A stretch of 64,000 nucleotides of DNA from Octopus vulgaris (lineage: Eukaryota), in the NCBI GenBank assembly GCA_951406725.2, contig OX597816.1:30566001-30630000 (forward strand). The letters are read 5' to 3'. Positions 50,319 to 64,000 of the stretch are shown here, in pieces. Position 1 is the stretch's first letter, and the number at the start of each line of letters is the position of its first letter. A model generated the notes under the pieces. The model was not told the origin of the DNA and did not search any database. It was given only the letters and a program-made list of their open reading frames with translations. The translations under genes were made by a program, and so were the position numbers.

Positions 50319-51461
50319 CACACGTATATGCTCAACTATAATGTACTATAATTTTCTATTGATGGTTTCTCTATGTCTGCAGTTCAATCTTTATGGTCAC
50401 ACGCACATATACATGCTTATACGTATATATACATGTGTGTGTATATATCTGTGTGTGAACGTGTGCGTGTACGCGTGTGTGTACGTGTCTATGTGTGACA
50501 GAAAGGGAGTGTTTTAGTTCAAACATATTTGCAGTCTGTCTAAATACTTCCATGTTATGACACTCTGAACCATTATTAATGGAACTTATTCTCCTGAATC
50601 CGAGTTCCAACCCATCAACACCAATCTATATAAACGTAACCTATTAAACCCATCAGAACTTCACTGTTCTTTCATAAACATTTTATTAGTAATTTGTGTA
50701 ATGTCAACGTTTTGTTTTCCAGTTCAACGGAGAACTAGAGCTTCAGAGATAGGTGTGTGTACGTGTATTTGTCTGCTTCTACGTATCATTTTCTATATGC
50801 GTTAGTTTGGAAGCCGCTTATGCAGGTGTATGTGTGTATACGTTCATAAGTATGTATGCGAGTGCGTATGCTTGCCTTTATGGATATATAAACATGTATA
50901 TGTCTCAGAATGTGTGTGTGTATTATAATGAATGTGTTCATGTGCGCAGTGATAGCAGAAACTATATGTCACTGAAACTGTGTGACTAGCATTTATAGAG
51001 TGTTCTGTACTGCGCTGTAATGTATTGTTGCAGTGTTTAAAATCATCCTTATTCTTTGTGAGTTCATATCTCGCTGTCGTTGGCATGATTTTTATATTTA
51101 CTGAATTTGTGAACAAAGCAGATCGTCCTGACTAGTGGGTTGTAAGGTATAGAAGCAAGGAAGAAGGGTGGGTTATTATTGATGGAAGAAAGTCAAGTCC
51201 AGATACCTAGCTGACTTCTGATTAGAGACATGCGCTAAATGCTTGCAACCGAGTGAACTTTGCTAAAGGTTCCCAGTAACGAGGTGATTGTGTTGCTAAA
51301 CCGTCCAGCATCTGAGGTTTTAGAATGCTACATAGAGTGTTATGTGGAGGTTACAGTATAAGACGAAATTTTTTCACATTGATGTTCCTTAAATACATGT
51401 AAAATTTGATCTATATCGTGTTATCGTATTAGAAAGTAATCTGTTGAATGTACTCATATTC

Positions 51462-52034
51462 TTTTCTACTCTAGGCACAAGGTCCAAAATCTTGGGGGAG
51501 GCGACAGTCGATTAGATCGACCTCAATACGCGACTGGTACACAACGACCCCGAAGGATGAAAGCAAAGTTGATTTCGGCGGAATTTCAACTCAGAACGTA
51601 AAGACAGACGAAATACCTATTTCTTTACTACCCACAAGGGGCTAAACACAGAGGGCACAAACAAGGACAGACGAACGGATTAAGTCGATTACATCGACCT
51701 CAGTTCGTAACTGGTACTTAATTTATCGACCCCGAAAGGATGAAAGGCAAGGTTTACCTCGGCGAAATTTGAACTCAGAACGTAATGGCTGACGAAGTAC
51801 CTATTTCTTTACTATCCACAAGGGGCTAAACACAGAGAGAACAAACAAGGACAGAAAAACGGATTAAGTCGATTATATCGACTCCAGTGCGTAACTGGTA
51901 CTTATTTAATCGAGCCCGAAAGGATGAAATACACAGTCGACCTCGGCGGAATTTGAACTCAGAACGTAACGGCAGACGAAATACCGCTAAGCATTTCGGC
52001 CGGAGTGCTAACGTTTCTACCAGCTCGCCGCCTT
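51462..52034 (-). mobile_element. SINE family D multimer
   Basis: Head at ~52034 plus tandem body units (junctions ~51617 and ~51801, 184-bp period). Confidence 0.85.
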
Positions 52035-52689
52035 TCAATCTACGCATATTAATTAAAAAGGTTTAGTATGATATAGCAACTAATCTTAACGTATCTAAGT
52101 ACTGCAATCGGTTCCATCATTGTTGTTGCTACTTAGCACTAAATCAAATATAACTGAACAGAACTATAGTCAATGTCATTCCAACCATGACCAAGATGTC
52201 GATCTGACGTTATGTAAGGCAACATTATCCAATATCTAATTTTCCCCAAACAGTAGAGTGTGATATTAGAAAAATTTAGCAGTAAGATTTAGCAGCAAGT
52301 TTTAGCAGACTTAATGATCACCACTGGCTTCTGCTTTTGTGTTCTATATTTGTATTATATTTTTGTAATTTTTGTTTTGCAATTTTATATTACATAGTAT
52401 TTTTTGTTTTTGCATTGTTGCTATCATTGTATGCTATTCTTGTAAATCTGAATGCTACGAGGAAAAATTTTTGTCTTTTGTGAGGGATCAACGAATTCCT
52501 TCAACTGATTTTATTTTGCTCAAGAACTACCCCTCTAAAAAAGTAAAAACAAGAAAACCTTGCAACATATACCAATACAAAATTACAGCAAAATATCGCA
52601 CCTTAGGCGCGTGGAAAAGTTATTTTAGATGTTAAAGATGAAATATGTGTTACCAAAGGTGCATTTACATTTACAAAATAATACTAATA

Positions 52690-52715
52690 ATATGCGAATT
52701 ATTATTTTTATTATA

Positions 52716-52801
<86 letters not shown>

Positions 52802-52805
52802 TACA

Positions 52806-52875
<70 letters not shown>

Positions 52876-52879
52876 TACA

Positions 52880-52915
<36 letters not shown>

Positions 52916-52924
52916 TTTATTATA

Positions 52925-53001
<77 letters not shown>

Positions 53002-53029
53002 TACAATTATTATTATTATTATTATTACG

Positions 53030-53070
<41 letters not shown>

Positions 53071-53480
53071 TCCTCATAAACAACAATAAAATACTACTAC
53101 TACTACTACTACTACTACTAATAATAATAATAATAACAATAAGAAGAAGAAGCAGAAGAAAAAGAAGAACAAAGAGGAAGAAGGAAAATAATAAAAGATA
53201 GAGAAGGAGAAAAAAGAAGGAGGACGAGGAGAGGAAGAAGAAGAAGAAAAAGAAGAAGAAGGAAAATAATAAAAGACAGAGAAGAAGAAAAAAGAAGAAG
53301 GAGGAGAAGAAGAAGAAGGAGAAGAAGAAGAAGGAGGAGATGAAGAAGAAGAAGGAGGAAAAGAAGAAGAAGAAGAAAAAGAAGAAGAAGAAGAAGAAGA
53401 AGAAGAAGAAGAAGAAGAAGAAGAAGAGAATGACAAGAATTGTCAAGAAGAAAAGAAGAAGTGGAAAAAGGAGGAAAAGA
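52690..53480. repeat. (TTA)n followed by (CTA)n and (GAA)n microsatellites
   Basis: Visible directly. Confidence 0.95.
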
Positions 53481-53994
53481 AAGAGAAGAGAATGAGATAG
53501 GAGAGAGGAAGGCGAAGATGGAGAAGGTGGAGAAAATGAAGACATAAAGAGAGTCATTATATGATTTGAATTAGTTGGTTTTGTTTGAAGTTGACTGAAT
53601 CCAATTAAACGAACCACAGTCACGTGATGTTATAGGCTGGCAGCAAACTGTAAGGGAAAAAGAAAAATCAACATAACAACAACAGATCAACAACAACAAC
53701 AACTACAAACTGTAAAATAAAATGAAAATGATAAATATATAAAAATTAACTATATAAAAGATTTGTTAAGGTTGCTTTTCTTTGCATTAATGAAATTTCT
53801 GAGTAGAAATGAGAAGAAGGAATATAGAATGCCAGCGAATGATTCCTGAAGCACTTCAACAACAATAGGAGAGCTCATTATTAAGAGGATCTCCTTAAAG
53901 TGCATACACTTGTTGTGGTGATAACAGCAAAATGCAGCATACAACACATTAAATTTTCATTATTTCTATGAAATACATTTGAGATAAAATAATA

Positions 53995-54408
53995 CCATTT
54001 ATCAAAAGCACAAGGCCTGAAAATTAGGGGAGGGAATAAATCATTTTCATCGACCCCAGTGTTTCACTGGTACTTATTTTATCAACCCCGAAAGGATGAA
54101 AGTCAAAGTGAACCTCGGCGGTATTTGAACTCAGACCCTAAATTCGGACGAAATGCCGCTAAGCATTTTACCCCGGCGTGCTAACGATTCTGTTAGCACG
54201 ACGCCTTTATTTAAAATAAAATGGTGACAATAATAATGGCTTCAAATTTTGGCACATGGCCAGCAATTCTGAAGCAGGGGTTAAGTCAAATACCTCGACC
54301 TCACCGCACAACTGGTACTTATTTTATCAAATCTGAAAGGATGAAAGGCAGAATTTAAACTCAGAACGCAAAACCGGACGAATAATAATAATAATAATAA
54401 TAATAATC

Positions 54409-54439
<31 letters not shown>

Positions 54440-55280
54440 TAATAATAATAATAATAATAATAATAATCATCCTCTGTACTGTAGGTACAAACCTGAACTT
54501 TTAAGGCGGAGTTTAGTCGAGATTACATCGGCCCCAATGCTTACTTAACCGATCCCTTAAGGAGGAAAGGCAAAGTCGATCTCAACGGAAGTTGAACTCA
54601 GAACGTTAAGTTGGACGAAATACCTATTTCTTTACTACTCACAAGGGGCTACACACAATGGGGACAAACAAGGACAGACAAACGGATAAAGTCGATTATA
54701 TCGACCCCTGTGCGTAACTGATATTTAATTTATCGACCCCGAATGGATGAAAGGCAAAGTCGACCTCGGCGGAATTTGAACTCAGAACGTAACGGCAGAC
54801 GAAATACATCTTTCCTTACTACCCACAAGAGGCAAAACACAGAGGGAACAAACAAGGACAGACAGACGGATTAAGTCGATTATATCGACCCCAGTGCGTA
54901 ACTGGTACTTATTTAATCGACCTCGAAAGGATGAAAGGCAAAGTCGACCTCGGCGGAATTTGAACTCAGAACGTAACGGCAGACGAAATACGGGTACGCA
55001 TTTCGGCCGGCATGCTAACGATTTTACATGCTCACCGTCTTCAACAATAACAGTAGCAACAATGATAATCCATTCTACTATAGACGCAAGTCCTGAAAAT
55101 TTGGGGGAGATATTAAATCGATTTCATCGACCCCAGTATTGACCTGGTACTTATTTTATCGACCCCGAAAGGATGAAAATCAAAATCGACCTCTGTGGAA
55201 TTTGAACTCAAACGCGCAGACGGACGAAATACCGCTAAGCATTTTCCCCGATGTACTAACGATTCTGCCAGCTTGCTGTC
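53995..55280 (-). mobile_element. Cluster of SINE family D copies and multimers interleaved with (AAT)n
   Basis: At least six core copies; tandem junctions at ~54624 and ~54809. Confidence 0.8.
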
Positions 55281-55940
55281 TTAACAACAACAATAATCAT
55301 AATAGGATCATAGTAAAAGAGTGAATATTCAGAATAAAAAATGACTTTGATTATATGTCGATTATGTTTTCAGATCAATCATATAATGCAGTTTTAAACA
55401 TTATCATACGCTGATACAGATATATAACTTTCATCTTCATACACTTCTTCGTACTTGCTGTTACATTCACACACACACACATGCACACACACACACACAC
55501 ACGCACACACACACACATACACACACACATACACACATACGCACAGACACACACACACACACTCATACACACCCCCCCACACACACACTCACACAATTCA
55601 GTTCAGATACTACCGCTAACCTAAACTTTTTTTGTACAAGCATCATCCAGAGGTAATTTAAATGCCCCATGCCAGACATAATCGGATTCGATGAACCGAA
55701 ATTTCAAATCCATTCTTCAAAGAATCATTTAATTAACAAACAAATGAAAAATAACGGAAATACAGTTCTTATACTTATGACAGGAAACAAATTTGCACTG
55801 CAACTAAAATGCTCATAAGCAAGCGTTAAAGACGCCTCGAAATTAATTTTGGAGTTAATCAAAATACGCTAAAGTGAGGTCAAAGAACGAAGGATAAAGA
55901 TAACGATATTGTATTACTAAACACATGTTTAATAAAGTTG

Positions 55941-56232
55941 GCACTCCGTCTGTTACGACGACGAGGGTTCCAGTTGATCCGATCAACGGAACAACGTACA
56001 AGTGGCTGAGCACTCTACATACGCCTGTACCCTTAACATAGTTCTCAGCGTGACATAGAATGTGGCAAGGCTGACCCTTTGAAATACAGGTACTCCTCAT
56101 TTTGCCAGTTAAATGGACTGGAGCAAAGTTGCGTAAAATGTCTTGCTGAAGGACACAACGCGTTGTCCCGAATTGAACCCACGACCTTACGATCGTGTGT
56201 CGAATACCTTAACTACTAAACCATGCGCCTTC
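55941..56232 (-). mobile_element. SINE family B (diverged)
   Basis: Reverse complement of 6400-6722 with deletions. Confidence 0.8.
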
Positions 56233-57039
56233 ACTGGGTGTTTAATAATGCAATAATAGTTCGAAAAAGATCCCCGTTTAAAAATAAAGTTCGAGAAACT
56301 TGTCATTGGCAAGCTATCCATATGGCTAAGATCGCAAAGAAGTCATGTGAACTGATTTCAACATCAAATGTAGTAGTAGTAGCAGTGACTGGCATAAGTA
56401 AGCGATATTAGCAGCATGTGACCTGGTATGATAAATATGTTTGGATGGAACACCCAGAGGACAATAGTATGAATTGCAAGTATAGCCAGTAAAGTAATTG
56501 GAATGTCGAAATTCTCTTGTTCACATCGAGATTAATTGTATAAGGTAGTAGGTTGTAGCTTTTTGCGTAGTGATGCATTATAATCTGTCTGAAAAAGCAA
56601 TAAGTAAGATGTGAAACAGTGAGTCTTTCAGAACGGCTGATATCGTGAGGAGAGAAAAAAGACATTTTATGTTACTAACTTCGAATCCATTGTCAGTCTT
56701 GTATTGGTTAGTGAGAATGTTTTCCTGAAGTACTTACAGCCAACCTTAGCTGTCGGCTGGAATGCAGCGAAAGAGAATTAAGGATTAGTTACACTATTCG
56801 ACACATACTATTCCTACAATTCATTTGTACACTAATAGTCTTTTGTCATTCCGTGTTATCTGTTTCTGCTAACACCTCATACTTTGATTAAACCCAGATG
56901 TTACTACATTTGACGTCCAAACTACTTCAAGCAACATATTGACCATAATAGACTGAGATGGCATTCTAACAGCATCTCCGGACACTTTATCTTCTTTCAT
57001 GTATGCATTTGACGTGGTTTAAACTTGTGGTTTCATTCT

Positions 57040-57680
57040 AGCTCAGTCGAGTTCAATGCACACAGCTGTGTTGCAAAGACTAACATTTTACTTGACATCT
57101 TGTAAATTGATTTTCCATCGCATTCAAAGGTATTGCTCTTTATATTTTCATCACAAAAGCAGATCTTCATCATCCTTGACAATATACATCAATTGAGAGA
57201 ATCACATCAATTTGCAACTTTGGTTTTGCTGTGACCTCAAATGACACAATTGATACTGAAAAATTTCTGCGCCTGGGAAGACAAGAACACTTCTTTCGGA
57301 AATTTATTGCAGTGACCATAGAACATTCACCTTTCACTTAAGAAAATAATTCAAATATATTGCGCGTAGATAACCACTGTTATTGCAGAGATGTGAAATG
57401 CTGAAACTGTGCAAGAATAAATTCAACTTTCCTTCAGTATTGTGATATTTACATTCAACAGTTAACGCTGCATAGGAGCCAAGATACCTAACTGTTTTAT
57501 CTTTGAGAAGTGCAACATCCGTTTCAATGAGAAATTCTGAATTTTAGGACCATCATTCATATGGAAGACACTAAAAACAAGCCCTTTGATGCCTCTTTAT
57601 ATTCAGATTCCTAGTGTCATCACTCACTGATACTTCGAAATGAGACTGTTGCACAAATGTAAGACAAAAAGTTGGAAGCG
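57040..57680 (+). pseudogene. Possible highly decayed CMC/Chapaev3-like transposase
   Basis: Scattered remnants in colinear order (SKVLL, WFCCDLK, FCAWED, ILGP) are reminiscent of SLKAVLL..W.ICGDLK..FLC.WD..IF.GP; very degenerate. Confidence 0.3.
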
Positions 57681-58301
57681 ACTTCAATATTTTTTTACAA
57701 TGCTGCATGTCCTTACCAAGCAATCATCGAGTTTGTTATGACAAATGATTTCATATACTCAAACTTCGTATAAAAGATAAGTGTAGTATAGTAACACTCC
57801 ACGCTAAAGAAAATATTTAGCCCATATCTCTCCATTTCTATAGGAACTGAACTTGTCTACTAGATCAGTCAGATTCTTTTCAGATTCAAGGCTGGCCTTG
57901 TTATACGTAGCACAAACCACAGAAGAAAAAAAGGGTGTGTTAGGGTACACTGAGTATTTATCCGGGAGCCTCGCGTGTCTATAGGCCCAATTCAAACTTA
58001 TGTATATTGTGGCTTACTGCCAATGGATAAATATTATAGGGACTAGTGCGTTGAATTATCAAGGGACCTACATTACGGCTAGGCAGCTCTGAGTGACAAT
58101 GATGAATAAGAACTAAAATAGGATTTATGTAAACACTTTCAAGTCTCTCACCTGCCCATAATTTATGTTAATTTTTGTTGAATAACTACAAATTTCACCA
58201 TTGTATCAGCATTCTATCAATTCTGTTTTCATTTACCTTTTTCGGTTTTTAAGAATTATATTGCACTCTTTGTTACTGTGATCTCGTTAGTCCTTCCCGA
58301 C

Positions 58302-58375
<74 letters not shown>

Positions 58376-58711
58376 GTCACACACATATGTGAGTGAGCAT
58401 TCACATACACTCTTATATACATACACGCACAGAAACAAACGCATGTATGCAGACACATACATACATCATGCTGAATGTAACAAAAGTCTGAAAATGAACA
58501 GTGAATATCACTTGTTATAGACTGTAATTTATACACGCATTACATCTCCAAACAAGTAGTTATTAACACAGACACACAGACATATATCTGAAGAGAGATG
58601 CATAACAAGAAAGGATGTATACACACACAAGCGCATGCGAACATTCACACACACACATACACACACATATATGTAAGTATGTATGTGAGTAAACATCTAA
58701 GCATATATATG

Positions 58712-58761
<50 letters not shown>

Positions 58762-58812
58762 TATATACATATACATATATGTATATATGTACATATATAC
58801 ATATATACATAT

Positions 58813-58845
<33 letters not shown>

Positions 58846-58850
58846 TACAT

Positions 58851-58881
<31 letters not shown>

Positions 58882-58897
58882 ATATATATATACATAG

Positions 58898-58960
<63 letters not shown>

Positions 58961-60933
58961 GGTAAATAAACGTACATGCAAATCCAGTAAATTGCAGACA
59001 GAGTAGCATGTGCCTATACATGCAAGCAGTACATTCTTATTTACACACACAGTTCATGGCATGATGAAATGTTTTATGGTGGTGCCAATAGAGCCGACCA
59101 ATGAGTAATTTAGAAAGTCAAACGCCAATGAATAGTTTATGATCTGCCAAACCTGGAACCTTCTAGTCTGAATAGTTCTCTAAGAAGAAATAGTATGTAA
59201 ATTACACTAGAAAAGTCAAAATCCAACCGTAATAACAACAGCAAAGAAGGAAAACAACAACAACAAATAAAGCAGCATAAATAATATATATTATGTCATA
59301 GCATTCAATGGAACTAAGTAATAATTAAATTCAACTTCGTTGTTTGTTTTTCATAGTATTTATTATGGGGTAGGTTTATAATCCGAAATTTGTCTTTTCG
59401 GAAACATTATTTAATATCTCATGTTAATGGTGCTAGACATTTTGGCTGCGATGTGTGACACGCGAAGGAAAGTTTACAGTATATGCAAATGAAGAAAAAT
59501 AAGAAAAAAGAAAAAGAAATAAATATACTATCAGCTAGAAAGCAATTTGCATTCTTTAGCTCTATAATTATTGGAATAGACGGTTGAAAAATTATGAAAC
59601 AATGATAGGAATTCTAGATAATTTCATAAAATTTCGTACTCAAATTGTATCGAATTATTTAACATAATTTCAGTGTTTTTGACCTGCAAATAATTATTCC
59701 TAACATCGCATTAATATATAGGAATATTAAACATCACATCGATATATGTCTGATGAAAGTATATTTTAAAATGATATATGATAAAGTTTCAAACTTTCGT
59801 ATATATATATAGGCAATTATGCGGGTAAACAAATTAGACACATCAAATACTTTGAACATATTAAATATATCAAATACAAAATATGCATATATGTATACAT
59901 GCAAAACGAGAGAAAGCAAAAAGTTGAATGTTTCAGGTGATGAATTTTTATGTGTAAATATATAGATACTTATATTAATAACTTACGAAGAATGCAAACG
60001 ACAAAGAAAATGAAAGGTGTGGAAGAAAGGTGTAATAAGTCCAACAACTGTTTCTGGGTGTTGGTCGATCTATGATAATGCTGGTAGGTTTAGTTCACCG
60101 CAGTATGCGACTGTATAGATGCAATTAACAGTGGAAAAAGCGAGCCACCGACATAAGGGTAGTGAAGATCGTGCATTTCAGATCCTAAAGCAGAAAAGTT
60201 CAAAGATGAAATGGTTAAATGTTGATAGGTAGCTGTATCAGAGGTGGGACTGTGGGTATTAAAACAGGGAATGATGAGAGAAGAAAAGATATTTCAAGAA
60301 GAGTGATGGGTTAATAACGAAGGTACTTAGAAAGGTAGTAGTGGAAGGGGAGAGTTGGAAGAGTATTTGAATGGTAGTTCGTTGTGTTGGGGCTGTTAAA
60401 GTTTTACGATAACAGCTAAAGAATTACTGGAAGCTGATATAATGAGAAAAGGAATGGCAATTATTTGAAGAAAGTAAGGATTCCAGTTCAATAGCAGAGG
60501 AAGATTATAAGGTATATAGAAGAGTATGAGAGAAGATAGAGGGTAGACAGACTGTGGTGTGTGTTGGTGGTCAAGGTAACAGAAGTTAGTGGAATAATGA
60601 ATGTGGGCTTATATTGGCGGGAGAGTACTGAGGTATGCAGGGGTGTATGAAATTGAACAGAGGGGGTGAATAGAGAAAGGAAGGGGTTGAGAGGTCAGTA
60701 TCCAAGTAAGTGAGGTAGTAATATCAAGAGCTATTAGTTGAAGAGGTAAAATGAGAGAAGGGTGGGGAGGCTATGAGGGAGGTAGAATGTTGTGGGTCGA
60801 GAAATTTTCAAAGGTAACAATTAGAAAAAATAGTTTAATAAGATGAGTGGTATTAGTTGAGGTGGTAAGTTGCGTGGCTGGCCTTGTCGTACCTCAAGAT
60901 CAATTTTAATTAAGGATAGTTATAGATATGGGA

Positions 60934-62440
60934 TTACATAGATTTAATAAAATGCGTGAATGATGAGTAAAATCTGTGTTTACAAGAGAGTATTACATCT
61001 GAGAATCTATTAAGTAATGAGGGATTGTGGTTACCGATTGTCTTAAACAATTTACACATACCGATGTTTGCGTTGTACGGGAGATCCTCACTTACGATGA
61101 ACCAGGATGGGGTATAGGGAACATTTTGAGATTTGAGGTTGTGTATATAAGTTGCTAAAGAGGCAGATAATTTAGAATTTGGGTTGGAGAACGGGTTCAT
61201 GTGTGCACGGTAGCAGTACTTGAAAACAACAGTACCGCCACTATAGAGACTTGCTTGGCGGGTGTGCGGTGTCATAACACATCACTTGTAGACTATTTTT
61301 ACGCAGACAGAAATCTCCAAAAGGAGAGCAACTCGACAATTGCAAGTTTTTCTACCTGCTGTGCAGTTGGAATTTACCACGGGAGAAGTCAAATTTCAGT
61401 GGTCCGTAATTAGTGAAGTTGAACTGGAAGTACAATTGATATCAGCATTGGATCAGGAGGGGATATCACTACTAGTATATGTGGTCACATGGGTAATGCT
61501 GCGGGAAGATGCTTGGTTATTTAGTCGAGAGGGTTACTGTAGATTCTAGTATTATTACTAGATGGATTAATTTGGGGTGCAGTGTGACAAACAGCAGGTT
61601 CAAAGAACTGGCGTATGTTAGAGGAGTCGGTAATGGATCTCACATTAGGTAGAATAGGACATTTTAAGTGATGAGTTATTAAAGACAGGGTAGTATTTAT
61701 GCTATAGTAGGAATTTAGAATTTAGAATTTAAGAAGAGTTTAGGTAGAGATTTAACTTGGAGGAAGAAGGGTGGTGCGAACCATAGTATCTCCCGCTTTC
61801 TGCCCTTAGAAAATGTTTAGAATGTGTGGTTACAGTGGGTGGATCTAAATAGGAAGGCTTATAGTTATTAAAAGTTCGAGGTGGCCTGTGGGGTTGTCGA
61901 GTGCGATACATAGGAGGTGTTTGAGAGTTGATGGATTGATGTTGAGTGAAAGAAAGATCTGTGGATTCCGGGTTTATATTAGGAAAGAGATGTGCAACTT
62001 TTGTTTTAAGCTTGATATTGGGGATATACGGGATCTTTTCACGGAAGCCACTTATCTGGAGAGCCTGATTATAATACGGGACATGACTCAAAAATTTCTT
62101 CCGCGATTCTGATATAAATACCTATTATTAAGAGTAAGTTTAGGGTGATCTGATAGGGTGTTGATATATTGTAGAAACTGATTTGGTTTATGGAAAGGGT
62201 GATATAGATTTGTATTTAAGTCCAGAATAACGTCTATGAAATTGGCCACATTTGTTTCATTTTTGATTGAGATACTCATGTTATAGTTTTTCAAAAGTTT
62301 GTTTAGGGATTTCCTAGTGCTTTCCACAGACGGCTGAGAAGTACTTCATCCCTGAAGAGCCCTCCAGAAATCTTAGGGGAGTACTAATTTTGGAAAGAAG
62401 GAAATGACCTGGTACTACGGCCGTTGCAGTCGATACTGGT
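60934..62440 (-). pseudogene. Decayed Naiad-type Penelope-like element (RT C-terminal half plus GIY-YIG)
   Basis: GGLFRDE (cf. GLYRDD), RKSLNKLLKNYNMSISI..NFIDVILDL...YHPFHKPN...YINTLSDHP, YYNQALQISGF, CNCR..FCL..IVYK, FKYCYRAH..F......SLATYIHNLK..W.IV....PY..MCKL..LLNRFSD...CKHR. Confidence 0.8.
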
Positions 62441-62459
62441 GTTTCTGACGGTTAATGCG

Positions 62460-63385
62460 TCGACACCACCGACGCTGGTGCCGTCGCCGTCGCCACCGCT
62501 GCCACCGCTGCCACCGCCGCCACCTCCGCCGCCACCTCCGCCGCCACCTCCGCCGCCACCTCCGCCGCCACCTCGGCCGCCACCTCCGCCGCCACCTCCG
62601 CCGCCGCTGCGAACCTTCACACATTCACGCCGCCGCTACCGCCGCCGCTACCGCTGCCGCCGCTATCGCTCCCGCCGCTATCGCTCCCGCCGCTATCGCT
62701 CCCGCCGCTGTCGCTCCCGCCGCTCCCGCTGCCGCCGCTATCGCTGCCGCCGCTATCGCTGCCGCCGCTATCGCTGCCGCCGCTGTCGCTGCCGCCGCTG
62801 TCGCTGCCGCCGCTGTCACTGCCGCCGCTGTCGCTGCCGCCGCTGTCGCTGCCGCCGCTGTCGCTGCCGCCGCTGTCGCTGCCGCCGCTATCGCTGCCGC
62901 CGCTATCGCTGCCGCCGCTGACGCCGCTTTCGCTGCCGCCACTGCCGCCGCTAACGCCGCTAACGCCGCTAACGCCGCTAACGCCGCTAACGCCGCTAAC
63001 GCCGCTAACGCCGCTAACGTCGCTGCCGCTAACGCCGCTGTCGCTAACGCCGCTGCCGCTAACGCCGCTGCCGCTGCCGCTGCCGCTAACGCCGCTACCG
63101 CTGCCGCCGCTACCGCCGCCGCTACCGCTGCCGCCGCTACCGCTGCCGCCGCTACCGCTGCCGCCGCTACCGCTGCCGCCGCTACCGCTACCGCCGCTAC
63201 CGCTGCCGCTGCCACCGCTACCGCTGCCGCCGCTGCCGCTGCCGCCGCTGCCGCCGCTGCCGCCGCTGCCGCTACCGCCGCTGACGCCGCTACCGTCGCT
63301 GCCGCTGCCACCGCTGCAGCTAACGCACTCCCGCTAACGCCGCTCCCGCTAACGCCGCTCCCGCTAACACCGCTCCCGTTGTCGC
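62460..63385. repeat. GC-rich (GCC/GCT)-based compound repeat with 9-, 12- and 15-bp higher-order units
   Basis: Blocks of (CCGCCACCTCCG)n, (GCCGCCGCTRTCGCT)n, (GCCGCTAAC)n and (GCCGCCGCTACCGCT)n. Confidence 0.9.
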
Positions 63386-63419
<34 letters not shown>

Positions 63420-64000
63420 TTATACACACTTACATGTAGTGATTGCTCAATCTTCACAGAGAATTGCCTTCTTTTGATTCCACATTTTCAATGACATTAC
63501 CCTCAATGACTTCTCAGATTAATGCAATGTATCACTGCTTAATGCTCCTACTTCGTTCCCAGTCCACAAACATAACAAAATTGTCCACAGACATGACAAA
63601 ACACATCAGGATGATTTCTACACTGTCCTAACATTGTTGACACTATAAAACAAATAAGGAAATAGATACAAACGGCTCATACTTAAACAGAATTTGAGAT
63701 GAATCAATATTTCATCAAACCAATTACGACAGGACAATTTCAGATGTTGAAATACCTATTTCATCAGACAAAACTTGATTGGTTAATTTAAAATGATGAA
63801 ATATCACATCTGAACCACGCAGCAATGAATAATGTAGTTTATTTTAAAGGTATGTTTCCATAATGTAAAGGAAATACATGCATACACATCAATAATTGGA
63901 ATTTCTATATAATGCATGAGCTAAAACCAAAGAACTTTCTCATCTTGAAAACTGTACGTAATGTCAAAAACTAATCATATATTTGAAATCATCATTAAAA

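Noticed and set aside
52629-53623. 263-aa poly-F/N ORF
   Set aside because: Made entirely of (TTA)n and (GAA)n repeats.
59745-59810. CTGATGA near the Naiad 3' region (also a minus-strand CTGATGA at ~63760-63767)
   Set aside because: No properly placed stem II-GAAA-stem III-UH arrangement.
62341-62384. Apparent + strand hammerhead: cc CUGAAGA gcccucca GAAA ucu UA gg
   Set aside because: Stem II does not pair, and the segment is the antisense of the RT catalytic-motif codons (GGLFRDE) of the Naiad remnant, so it is probably coincidental.

Overview
AT-rich eukaryotic (animal) genomic DNA. It is most likely a cephalopod/Octopus intron or intergenic region; this is inferred from the tRNA-derived SINE families and the very high microsatellite load. 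I found no supportable host-gene exon, and nearly all ORF-track entries are translations of simple repeats. The window is a mosaic of SINEs, (TA)n/(CA)n/trinucleotide tracts and decayed transposons: mariner, piggyBac, Gypsy LTR, CR1-like and R4/Dong-like LINEs, two non-autonomous Helitrons and a MITE. It also holds Penelope-like elements (PLEs): one nearly intact Neptune-type RT+GIY-YIG element at 18.8-22.5 kb and decayed Naiad-type fragments. The most striking signal is a dense set of type I hammerhead ribozyme (HHR) motifs, about 13 copies in about 10 mutually dissimilar short elements. Most sit in fold-back or partial-tandem elements embedded in (TA)n tracts. They show three co-varying versions of the core 3-8 base pair (CUGANGA, UUGANAA, GUGAACA) and family-specific palindromic stem III loops. 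One element (10.3-11.2 kb) has the permuted architecture expected of a ~480-nt tandem/circular retrozyme-like RNA. All RNA structures were folded by eye and need computational and biochemical confirmation.
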